Positions 57,901 to 64,000 of a stretch of 64,000 nucleotides of DNA are shown here, piece by piece. Within the stretch, counting starts at the first letter, position 1; every line of letters starts with the position of its first letter. Source of the stretch: an uncultured cyanobacterium (GTDB lineage: Bacteria; Cyanobacteriota; Cyanobacteriia; PCC-9006; JAAUQQ01); NCBI GenBank assembly GCA_963718615.1, contig OY970368.1, forward strand, positions 3,296,001 to 3,360,000, written 5' to 3'. Position numbers and translations under genes: made by a program. The notes beneath the pieces are model-generated. The model saw nothing but the letters and a program-made list of their open reading frames with translations. It was not told the origin of the DNA and searched no databases.

Positions 57901-60300
57901 AACAATGATGGCACTCATGACATCCTCGAAACCGGCAACGGTGTTTTAGATGGCAATGGGGATGGAGTCATCGATAATGCCACAGATCTGGATGGAGACG
58001 GCATCGCCGATGTCATTGACGATTCTGACAACGATGGCACACCTGATGCAGTAGACACGACACCGAATGCAGCCTTTGGCGGTTTAGGGGGGCCTGCACC
58101 GGATGCAGATGGGGATGGCATTGCCAACGATGCAGATCTCGACGATGACAACGATGGCATTTTAGACAGCATTGAAGAAGCGGGAGACCCAACCAGGGAT
58201 ACGGATGGAGATGGCATTCCGGATCGCCTCGACCTTGATTCTGACAACGACGGCATCAACGATGTCATCGAAGCGGGTCATGGCGTCACCGATACCGATG
58301 GCGATGGTATGCTCGATGGCCCAGTGGGGGCCAATGGCGTGGATGATGCTGTTGAATCCTCACCGGATAGTGGGATTGTGGATGCTCCTGTCAACAGCGA
58401 CAGTGATGCTCAGCCAGATTTCCAGGATTTGGATGCGGATAACGATGGTCTCTCTGATTTCCTCGAAGGAGGTGCGCTGTTCAATGGCGGATTTGATGCT
58501 GACGATAATGGCGTAATTGATGGACCAGATACAGACAAGGATGGTATTCCTGATTCGGTTGATGGCACACCCAATGCCTATGGAGATAGCGGCAGTCCGG
58601 CATTGCCCGATGGCGATAGTGCTACGGATCCAGATTCGCCGGATTATCGCGATCGCACCAACAACGAAAATGGCCTCAATGACATCAATCCCGATCTAGA
58701 TCTCAACAACGACGGTGAAATCGACGATGTCACCGATAACGATAACGATGGCATTGCCGACATCATTGATGACTCTGACAGCGATGGTATGGTCGATGCA
58801 AACCCCGCAGAAACCGATCCTCAAAGCTTTGGCGGTCTGCCCGCAACGGACACGGATGGGGATGGCGTGCCTGACAGCCGTGACCTAGACGATGACAACG
58901 ATGGCATTCTTGACAGCGATGAAGGCAACGGCAAGATTGATACCGATGGCGACGGAATTGTTGATTCCCGCGACCTAGATACGGATAACGACGGTATCCT
59001 TGATGTGGAAGAAGCGGGCCATAGTCAAGCCGATATCGATGGAGATGGACGGGTTGATGGTCCTGTCGGTAATAACGGACTGCCAGATACCGTTGAATCG
59101 ACTCCCGACAGTGGCATTCCTAGCTATACGGTGTTGGATACCGATGGGGATGGCATTGAGGACTTCAAAGACCTCGATTCCGACAACGACGGTATCAATG
59201 ATGTGATTGAAGGGGGTGGCCAAGACCCCGATGGAGACGGGACGATCCACGGCGGTGGTCCGATTGTGGATGTGGACCGAGATGGCATTTTGGATGTCAT
59301 TGATCCGTCCCAAGGGGGAAGTCCTGTTCCTGTGCTGGATACGGATGGCGATGGCATCGAAAATTATCGGGATTTAGATTCTGACAATGATGGCGTCAAA
59401 GATATTGTCGAAGGTGGAAATGCGGCTGCCGATGCTGATGGGGATGGTCGCATTGACGGGCCAGATGCCGATGGGGATGGCATTCCTGATCGGGTCGATC
59501 CGTCCCTCGGCTTTGGCGACTCGGGCGATGGCACTGCACCGGATAGCAATGGTGATGGTATTCCCGATTTCCTCCAACCCGGCAGCAACACGGGCTCCGG
59601 CAGCCAAGGCACTGGCGGTAGCGATGTGATTAATGGCGGTGCTGGGGGCGATATTATCAATGGTCTCAGCGACGACGACGTTTTGGACGGTGGTGCAGGC
59701 GATGATGTGATCAATGGCGGCAGCGACCAAGATACGACTGTTGGGGGAAGCGGCAACGATATTGTTAACGGCGGTAGCGATGGTGACCAAGTCAATGGCG
59801 GCGATGGCAATGACATCGCGAACGGCGGCAGTGGTAATGACCTCATTGCTGGGGATGACGGTGACGATATCATGAACGGCGGTAGCGGTCTGGATACACT
59901 CTATGGTGGTCTCGGGAATGACATCCTCAATGGCGGCAGTGGAGATGACCTGATCTATGGCGGTGCAGGCAGTGACATTATTCGTGGCTCTACGGGCAAT
60001 GACATGCTGGTAGGCGGCGATGGTTCCGATCTGTTGTTTGGTGGTCAAGGAGATGATCGCTTTGTCTACGAATCCCTGAGCGAATTCGGCGATACGATTC
60101 TTGATTTTGAGATTGTGCGCGATCGCATCGATCTCCAAGGCATTTTCAACGGTAATGCGGCCCTAGGTAGCAATGTGCAAGCGCAACAGCTCGGTCTGCA
60201 TTCGCTGATTCTTGCCAATACAGGCTCCGGTATGCAACAGGTTGCCATGCTGCTCAATGTTAATGCCAGTACCTTAGATAGCAGCAACTTTATCTTCTAA
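48985..60300 (+). CDS. Giant Ca-binding RTX adhesin-like protein (DUF4347, L-type lectin, cadherin/Ig, Calx-beta, TSP3-like repeats, RTX)
   Basis: No Sec signal; DUF4347 (~49010-49470); lectin GADGIGFVL/IEFDTWQN (~49555-50165); APDFE cadherins; Calx-beta x2; D.D.DG repeats; GG.G.D nonapeptides (~59610-60060); D.I.DF....DRIDL and terminal NFIF typical of T1SS substrates. Confidence 0.92.
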   Translation: MNTVLTRDLQVLFVDPSVQDYQNLLHELDSGIQCFVLDNNQDGIEQISKILDNIRQKAANIESTSIFLLTHGYSGGVRLAKSDFNLSSLSQYEKDLQSWFNHENTQYNSLSFCACNVATGDIGKEFIEKIGQITQATILASSSPLGSSLLNGNWHLDYCTTEGVESKLPFSSESRNNYPYILPTLPAVDTIFSINGNASKIDDDEIRLTPDAFSQSGSAFSTARIDFNYDWTFNFAVYLGVSDGGADGIGFVLHNDPRGSSVTGEFGGGLGILNIQKSIGIEFDTWQNPEYGDPVADHTSILLPDTTGLDRLTTIESLSNIEDGQYHNVIVTWNATTKTLSYTLDSVQRGSVVRDVINQDFGGEKLIYFGFAASTGGAKNEHKIRISNFEGRLINSSGNDIINTANASPVIASPTGSPASFTVVENTSIATILADVNSSDAEDGAETNLTYSLSGVDASRFNIDSNGRLTFKAAPDFESPLDSGANNSYDFTVTVTDTEGATDTQDIRIIVANVNDNNPVISTPLGSPATLNVLENTVTVVNVNASDAEDGAETNLTYSLSGTDSSLFVIDSNGNLSFKVAPNFENPQDNGTNNVYDVTVNVTDSGGLSDLRAIQITVINVNESPKANADIAAVAEKSAATINLTNNDTDPDAGTDLEVTALNTTGIKGLASINPDGEGVTYNPNGAFNSLAVGETTTDSFTYTVNDGNGGTNTATVTVTIIGENDQPTANFDAGTVAEDGTTSINLTGNDTDPDGSDDLEVTSVGTLGTLGLVSINPDGEGVTYNPNGVFNNLAVGDTATDTFTYTVSDGNGGTDTATVTVTITGENDQPNLDLDNDGVSGDVDYATLYQPGTPVSIAEAGGSLITDIDGDTLTISIVLDNPLDGASETFSLQPGFTIPGSLSITPITSGISIAPSGSETPTDAEYQAVLEAIRYNNSDMASDRSDRTITITVNDGTGTPNATATATTTINYDTDDDGIADTLDLDDDNDGILDLNEQFVDQFVYAAFTNVGEQQASGQINGINFTYTTTQTVLNITNSMYNHGTFPSEYDVPNVNPTIRNDQASTNQLVFEQPMLNPVLVFSSIGNPLTPVPIEFGAPVEILWSQDVTINSPTSITGAEGFAIVRFNGLFDVIDFQYLADETYVNFAFGASFKQGEDTDGDGIQDYLDLDSDNDGITDNVEAQTTADYIAPTGTDNDGDGLDDAYEGAGNQGLTPVNTDGTDAVDYLDSDSDNDGISDAAERGTGGPTTNATGLSDATTDADGDGLFDVFEGGTPNDGFDVNGDNLTGTTFNLADTDNDVLSDGSDAIARSNDLDYRDNSTEVSITANDANAAEAADNGQFTVTLNQPFSSDTTVNYSISGTASNGTDYTTLTGSVIIPAGATSAPINIAVTDDPLVEQDETVILTLTSATNPKGTVTLGSENTATVNITDTDTALVSISATDAIAAEDINNGQFTVSLTNPSDVDTVISYSIGGDATPGSDYTPLTGTVTILAGNTSATINVSVLDDSLSELDEAVTVTLIAITSGDSDVSINLAQNASTVTILADTDGDNVPDIIDLDDDNDGILDTVEAATAPANGDTDGDGIPDRLDLDSDNDGINDVIEAGHGVTDTDGDGMLDGPVGSDGIPDAVQSSPNSGIVNYALANTDGDGQPDFQDLDSDNDSLSDLIEGGSGGADANNDGVVDGPDTDGDGIQDSVDATPTTYGDGASPALPDADSAANPNTPDYIDVDSNNNGINDIAEAGNGILDPNGDGAIDNITDNDKDGIPDVVDDSDLDGIPDAVDGTPNPAFGGLGEPDSDGDGIANVDDLDDDNDGILDAVEEAGNAIRDTDGDGILDRLDLDSDNDGINDVLEAGHGAPDANGDGILDGPVGSDGIPDSVQASPNDGTVNYGLPANSDSDPIPDFQDLDSDNDSLSDLYEGGSGGPDANNDGVVDGIDSDGDGILDAVDGVPATYGDAGSPALPNADNDLVPNYIDPDSDSDGVNDIDEASNGSLDVNNDGEIDDLADADGDGVPDVIDDSDLDGTPDKTDTTPNAGFGGLGLVDTDGDGVADIADLDDDNDGILDTVEEAGNPDRDTDGDSILDRLDLDADNDGINDLIEAGHGAIDANGDGLVDGNVGANGYVDILETTPDSGEANFAPRNSDNDANPDFQDLDADNDSISDLIEGGSNGADANNDGVVDGPDTDGDGIQDSVDGTPNSFGDSGSPAVPNDDADTTPNYIDPDSNNDGTHDILETGNGVLDGNGDGVIDNATDLDGDGIADVIDDSDNDGTPDAVDTTPNAAFGGLGGPAPDADGDGIANDADLDDDNDGILDSIEEAGDPTRDTDGDGIPDRLDLDSDNDGINDVIEAGHGVTDTDGDGMLDGPIGSDGIPDAVQSSPNSGIVNYALANTDGDGQPDFQDLDSDNDSLSDLVEGGSGGNDSDGDGVVDGPDTDKDGIQDSVDGNPGLYGDGGNFAPQNSDSDPNPDYIDIDSDGNGVDDIDQAGSTILDGNNDGRIDDITDNDNDGIADVIDDSDQDGIPDISDSDPQSFGGLGKADTDGDGILNSEDLDDDNDGILDTVEEAGDIDRDTDGDGILDRLDLDSDNDGINDVLEAGHGAPDANGDGILDGPVGSDGIPDSVQASPNDGTVNYGLPANSDSDPIPDFQDLDSDNDSLSDLYEGGSGGPDANNDGVVDGIDSDGDGILDAVDGVPATYGDAGSPALPNADNDLAPNYIDPDSDGDGVNDIDEASNGGLDVNNDGEIDDLADADGDGVPDVIDDSDLDGTPDKTDTTPNAGFGGLGLVDTDGDGVADIADLDDDNDGILDTVEEAGNPDRDTDGDGILDRLDLDADNDGINDLIEAGHGAIDANGDGLVDGNVGANGYVDILETTPDSGEANFAPRNSDNDANPDFQDLDADNDSISDLIEGGSNGADANNDGVVDGPDTDGDGIQDSVDGTPNSFGDSGSPAVPNDDADTTPNYIDPDSNNDGTHDILETGNGVLDGNGDGVIDNATDLDGDGIADVIDDSDNDGTPDAVDTTPNAAFGGLGGPAPDADGDGIANDADLDDDNDGILDSIEEAGDPTRDTDGDGIPDRLDLDSDNDGINDVIEAGHGVTDTDGDGMLDGPVGANGVDDAVESSPDSGIVDAPVNSDSDAQPDFQDLDADNDGLSDFLEGGALFNGGFDADDNGVIDGPDTDKDGIPDSVDGTPNAYGDSGSPALPDGDSATDPDSPDYRDRTNNENGLNDINPDLDLNNDGEIDDVTDNDNDGIADIIDDSDSDGMVDANPAETDPQSFGGLPATDTDGDGVPDSRDLDDDNDGILDSDEGNGKIDTDGDGIVDSRDLDTDNDGILDVEEAGHSQADIDGDGRVDGPVGNNGLPDTVESTPDSGIPSYTVLDTDGDGIEDFKDLDSDNDGINDVIEGGGQDPDGDGTIHGGGPIVDVDRDGILDVIDPSQGGSPVPVLDTDGDGIENYRDLDSDNDGVKDIVEGGNAAADADGDGRIDGPDADGDGIPDRVDPSLGFGDSGDGTAPDSNGDGIPDFLQPGSNTGSGSQGTGGSDVINGGAGGDIINGLSDDDVLDGGAGDDVINGGSDQDTTVGGSGNDIVNGGSDGDQVNGGDGNDIANGGSGNDLIAGDDGDDIMNGGSGLDTLYGGLGNDILNGGSGDDLIYGGAGSDIIRGSTGNDMLVGGDGSDLLFGGQGDDRFVYESLSEFGDTILDFEIVRDRIDLQGIFNGNAALGSNVQAQQLGLHSLILANTGSGMQQVAMLLNVNASTLDSSNFIF
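54523..58319 (+). repeat. Near-identical internal duplication (54523-56090 vs 56752-58319, offset 2229 bp)
   Basis: Direct comparison shows only scattered substitutions; a further pair 53734-53963 vs 55975-56204 (offset 2241). Confidence 0.92.
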
Positions 60301-60350
60301 GGTGTTGAGCTTGCTTCTCCTCCTGGAGAAAAGGGTGGATGCTTAAAAGT

Positions 60351-60383
60351 CTAGATTGGGTTAATTGACGAAACCCAATCTAG
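60351..60383. repeat. Perfect 12-bp inverted repeat, REP-like
   Basis: CTAGATTGGGTT-N9-AACCCAATCTAG; resembles the cyanobacterial GTAGGTTGGGTT...CGAAACCCAAC repeat family as I recall it. Confidence 0.6.
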
Positions 60384-60477
60384 GCTGAAAAGAGGTTTCG
60401 AAAGAAGGTTAAAAATGAGTTTCAGTGGGGCATTCTAGCAACTTTTAAATTTTGAATTGAAAAGGCAGAGTTTTTCC

Positions 60478-62214
60478 ATGGCTGAGCTGACCCCGGTAGA
60501 GTTGGGTAACCCTGTTTCCTTGCTCAACGAGAGTGATTATGCTGCGCTTCAGGCGTTGTATATTAACACGGATGGTGAGCAGTGGAAAAATAATCAAGGT
60601 TGGCAAGATTGGGATTTTTTAAGCCCAACACCACCCGAACTGTCGGTCATGAATGGCTGGTTTGGAGTCAGTTTGAGTGGCGATCGCATCACCACTCTCT
60701 CCCTCGGCAGCAATCGACTGAAGGGCAACTTACCAACGGCCTTAGGCCAACTCTCCGACCTCAAAACGCTCTATCTTTATGGTAATCAGTTAACCGGTGT
60801 TATCCCGGAATCCCTGGGAAATTTGAGCCAGCTTAATCACCTAGCATTGAGTGGTAATCAACTGGATGGAGCATTGCCTTCAAACCTGGGAAATCTTGCT
60901 AATTTACAATATCTTTATCTGAACAACAATCGTTTACAAGGGGTGCTACCGACAGAATTTGCCGATCTGGAAGAGCTGATTTACCTCTCTCTTGCAGACA
61001 ACCAATTCAGGGGTGAAATCCCGGAGACTTGGGGCAGTTGGCCCAACCTTAAAACCTTGCAATTGGCCAATAACCAACTGAGCGGAACGGTTCCCCCAGC
61101 GCTAATAGATGCAATTCATCAAGGGAGCGGTTCTTACAATCTCAATAACCCGATCGCGGTGACCGGTTTGCCAGCGACCATTGCCCTCATGGAAGCGATT
61201 GAACCCACTGCGATCGCCTTGACGTTCAGCGATCTCGATGCTCTGGGCAGTGACGATCTGGAGACTTTGGCCCTCACCGCAACGGTCGATCATCCCGATC
61301 TCGTGACCCTCGAACTCACTGGAACCGGGGCCGATCGAACCCTCAACCTCATGCCCCAACCCAATCGAGCTGGAACCACAACGCTGCGGCTAACCGCCCA
61401 AGATGACAGTGGCGAACAAACGACGGTGGCGATCGCCCTCACACTCCAGGACCAACCGGAAACCGGAAGTTTTAGCGCTGTTAGGGATTTGTTGTGGCGC
61501 AATCCCACCACAGGCGAAAATCTCCTTTGGCGGATGGCCGGACTCGATCGAGTTGAAACAATTGCGCTCACGGCAGGATTGGATGCTAACTGGGAATGGG
61601 TCGGCCTCGGCCAATTTAATGGGGATGATCAGACGGATTTGGTCGGGCGAAATGCTCAAACGGGCGAGACCCAACTGTGGCTGATGAATGGCAATGCCTT
61701 GGCCGAAACGGTGACTTGGACTGCGAACCAAAACGAAGGACAGTTGGTAGGATTAGGTGATTTTGATGGCGATGCTCAAACCGATTTGATTTGGCGAAAT
61801 TCCCAAACAGGGCAAAATTATATTTGGTATTTGAACGGTAATGCGCTGCGTCAGCGTCAGCCATTGATGGCGATCGCCGACTCCCATTGGCAGATCGTCG
61901 GCACAGGACAATTTAATCAGGATGCCTACAGCGATCTAATTTGGCGCAATCTTAAAACAGGGCAAACTTTGCTTTGGCTCATGCAAGCCGGAAGCCCCAT
62001 GGCGGCCTTACCGCTCCCATCCGTATCCAATCTAGACTGGCAACTGGTGGGGACCCGAGATTTAAATCAAGATGGTGGATCAGACCTACTCTGGCAAAAT
62101 GCCCAGACCGGGGCCGCAGTGGCTTGGTTGATGCAGAGCGGTCAGCGGCTGTCGGCCCATCACTTGAACCCTGCGGGAGATTTGGGAGCATCGGCCCATT
62201 GGAGTTTGAGTTAA
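60478..62214 (+). CDS. Plant-type LRR + Ig-like + FG-GAP/VCBS-repeat protein
   Basis: AL.ALY..TDG..W.NN.GW cap; about 6 L.L..N.L.G.(I/L)P..LG.L repeats; 5 DL.WRN..TG...W.M.G / G.GDF.GD..DL repeats; no signal peptide. Confidence 0.85.
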   Translation: MAELTPVELGNPVSLLNESDYAALQALYINTDGEQWKNNQGWQDWDFLSPTPPELSVMNGWFGVSLSGDRITTLSLGSNRLKGNLPTALGQLSDLKTLYLYGNQLTGVIPESLGNLSQLNHLALSGNQLDGALPSNLGNLANLQYLYLNNNRLQGVLPTEFADLEELIYLSLADNQFRGEIPETWGSWPNLKTLQLANNQLSGTVPPALIDAIHQGSGSYNLNNPIAVTGLPATIALMEAIEPTAIALTFSDLDALGSDDLETLALTATVDHPDLVTLELTGTGADRTLNLMPQPNRAGTTTLRLTAQDDSGEQTTVAIALTLQDQPETGSFSAVRDLLWRNPTTGENLLWRMAGLDRVETIALTAGLDANWEWVGLGQFNGDDQTDLVGRNAQTGETQLWLMNGNALAETVTWTANQNEGQLVGLGDFDGDAQTDLIWRNSQTGQNYIWYLNGNALRQRQPLMAIADSHWQIVGTGQFNQDAYSDLIWRNLKTGQTLLWLMQAGSPMAALPLPSVSNLDWQLVGTRDLNQDGGSDLLWQNAQTGAAVAWLMQSGQRLSAHHLNPAGDLGASAHWSLS

Positions 62215-62215
62215 C

Positions 62216-63334
62216 CTAATCCTTGGGTAAGCGATTGCCTCGGGACGATTGCCATTGATTCAGCCAAACCGCTAACAGCGTCACCACCGACAGCGGAATC
62301 ACAAATAGAATCATCGCTCCACTAAAGGGACCTAGGACCGCATGGTCCATAGTTCGCAGCACCAAATAGGCAACGTAGGCCGCGTAATAGCCCACAAACA
62401 CCAGCCCTTCCCAGCGGCTAATGACATTTCCCGTAAAGAAAATCGGCAGACAGGCGATCGCCACCGCAATCATAATCGGAATATCAAACCGGACCGCTGC
62501 GGAGGATACCGCCAACCCCGCCGGAGAAAACAAACTGGAAAGACCCAAAACCACCAAAATATTAAAAATATTGCTGCCAACCACATTGCCCACGGCAATA
62601 TCCCGTTCGCCCTTCAGCGTCGCCACGATCGAGGTTGCCAGCTCCGGCAGCGATGTTCCGGCGGCCACAATGGTCAAGCCAATCACCAGTTCACTCACCC
62701 CGATGGCTTGGGCGATCGCGATCGCAGAAGTCACTAACCACCGAGACCCCAAAAGCAACAACCCAACGCCCAAACCAATCCAGCCTAGGTTAATGGCCCA
62801 TGTCTTTAGCGTCATTTTCTGATTGCTCTGGTCTCCGCCTCCATATTCCTGCGCATATTCCGCCCGCACGGCTTCATTTTGCTCTCGGCGGGATTGGATA
62901 ATCTGAAAGGCCGTATAGCCAATACCACCTGCGCTCAGGAGCAGCCCATCGGGCAACGTCAGGCGACCATCAGCACCCAGAACCAGCATCAGAATCGAGA
63001 CCCCGATCATCACTGGCACATCAATCCGAACCAGCTGTTGGGCGACGACAAGGGGGGCCGCAAGGGCAGACAATCCCAAAATCAGCAAGACATTAAAAAT
63101 ATTGCTCCCCACGACATTGCCCACGGCGATATCAATCTGGCCCGTAAGGCTCGACTGAATACTCACCGCCAGCTCCGGCGCACTCGTTCCGTAGGCAACA
63201 ATCGTCAATCCAATAATTAACGGCGAAATGCCCAGACTCGTGGCTAAGTTTGAGGCTCCCCGTACCAGCGCATCCGCGCCAACCACCAATAGTGCAAGAC
63301 CCGCAACTAACAGAACGATCGTAGCGATGCTCAT
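62216..63334 (-). CDS. Ca2+/Na+ (CaCA, YrbG-like) antiporter
   Basis: Two alpha-repeats GTSAPEL..GNVVGSNIFN and GTSLPEL..GNVVGSNIFN. Confidence 0.95.
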   Translation of the reverse strand: MSIATIVLLVAGLALLVVGADALVRGASNLATSLGISPLIIGLTIVAYGTSAPELAVSIQSSLTGQIDIAVGNVVGSNIFNVLLILGLSALAAPLVVAQQLVRIDVPVMIGVSILMLVLGADGRLTLPDGLLLSAGGIGYTAFQIIQSRREQNEAVRAEYAQEYGGGDQSNQKMTLKTWAINLGWIGLGVGLLLLGSRWLVTSAIAIAQAIGVSELVIGLTIVAAGTSLPELATSIVATLKGERDIAVGNVVGSNIFNILVVLGLSSLFSPAGLAVSSAAVRFDIPIMIAVAIACLPIFFTGNVISRWEGLVFVGYYAAYVAYLVLRTMDHAVLGPFSGAMILFVIPLSVVTLLAVWLNQWQSSRGNRLPKD

Positions 63335-63539
63335 ACACAAAGACAGCCGGAGACATCTCTCGGAGGAAAAGGTTGACGATGTTTAAGAATTTGAGTTAGC
63401 CCTCGATTTTCCCACGAAAGCCGGGTCTGGGGATCACGCTGCGATAAATCTTGATTCCTCTGCACGCTTCCTAGGGAGAGCTGCTACGCTAAAATCGTTA
63501 ACTTACGTAACAGATTCGCTGAAACTGTTTAGTGAAGTC

Positions 63540-64000
63540 GTGGTGGAATCCCGTGAACGTCAAATTCGCCGCGAGCTTATTGCCGCCATCTTGCTCTTCT
63601 TGGGGGTTCTGCTGATCGGCACGGCAGGATATCGGACGATTGAGCGATGGAGCTTGCTGGACTCCGCTTATATGACCATTATTACCCTAAGCAGCGTAGG
63701 GTTCGGCGAAATCCAGCCCCTCAGCCCCCCAGGAAGACTCTTTACAATTTCGCTGATTTTGATGGGCCTTTTGAGCATTGGCTATATTGTCAATCGATTT
63801 ACAGAGGCTATTGTCCAGGGCTACTTTCAAGATAGCCTGCGTTCTCGCCGGAAACGACGTGTGATCAAGAAACTACGCAATCACTATATTTTATGTGGCT
63901 ATGGCAGGGCCGGTCGCCATGTGGCCCATGAATTTGCCGAGGAGCAGGTACCGTTTATCGTCGTCGATCCGCAGCCCGAAGCAATTCTGGATGCAAAACA
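63540..64000 (+). CDS. Two-TM potassium channel with RCK/TrkA-N domain (3'-truncated; absent from the ORF track)
   Basis: Manual translation from GTG 63540/63543: ...GTAGYRTIERWSLLDSAYMTIITLSSVGFGEIQPLS..GRLFT...HYILCGYGRAGRHVA. Confidence 0.92.
   Translation, partial: MVESRERQIRRELIAAILLFLGVLLIGTAGYRTIERWSLLDSAYMTIITLSSVGFGEIQPLSPPGRLFTISLILMGLLSIGYIVNRFTEAIVQGYFQDSLRSRRKRRVIKKLRNHYILCGYGRAGRHVAHEFAEEQVPFIVVDPQPEAILDAK

Larger units (their letters stand above)
1..64000. repeat. HIP1 octamer (GCGATCGC) dispersed through the window
   Basis: Many exact GCGATCGC copies (e.g. 133, 329, 395, 1160, 1447, 1924, 1939); hallmark of cyanobacterial genomes. Visibly sparse in 31.1-32.8 kb and 48.6-60.1 kb. 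Confidence 0.95.

Noticed and set aside
52665-60287. Numerous antisense and alternative-frame ORFs inside the giant gene (e.g. 59374-60138, 54168-54656)
   Set aside because: Shadow ORFs produced by GAT/GAC/GGC-rich repetitive codons; Ser/Pro- or Ile/Ala-rich translations with no family motifs.
45269-62214. Integrative element or prophage explaining the island
   Set aside because: No integrase, transposase, tRNA or flanking direct repeats were found; only composition and HIP1 depletion suggest a foreign or fast-evolving origin.

Overview
64 kb of a cyanobacterial chromosome: HIP1 octamer GCGATCGC is abundant, and marker genes ycf55, furC/perR, sigG plus anti-sigma, hfq-dapF and a ComFB/CdgR-type protein are present. 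I found no rRNA, tRNA, CRISPR array, transposase or integrase. From left to right: (1) an exopolysaccharide-type region (GT4, WecB/TagA/CpsF, Tat-exported GH10, priming sugar transferase, GT4, ExoV-like pyruvyltransferase, wecB) interrupted by mntAB, which carries two ManR-type boxes but has no mntC; (2) a PilP-like lipoprotein; (3) housekeeping genes (rpe, lgt, cobM, ndk, dapF fused to a 4-Cys domain); (4) an AT-richer patch (VOC, DUF202, PAP2, Rieske paralog, PPC-repeat protein) next to orphan sxtI/sxtJ-like genes; (5) a minus-strand run of AhpD-like, arsS, a candidate ~240-nt structured RNA, a plant-type VTE5/FOLK kinase and GGCT; (6) a 16-kb surface-protein island (inverse-autotransporter/beta-helix protein, 3771-aa DUF4347-lectin-cadherin-Calx-TSP3-RTX protein, LRR/FG-GAP protein) abutting a Ca2+/Na+ antiporter and a K+ channel. 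The best candidates for undescribed biology are the surface-protein/calcium island, the unannotated structured RNA and the arsS-isoprenol kinase neighbourhood. All family calls come from motif recognition by eye; no database searches were run.
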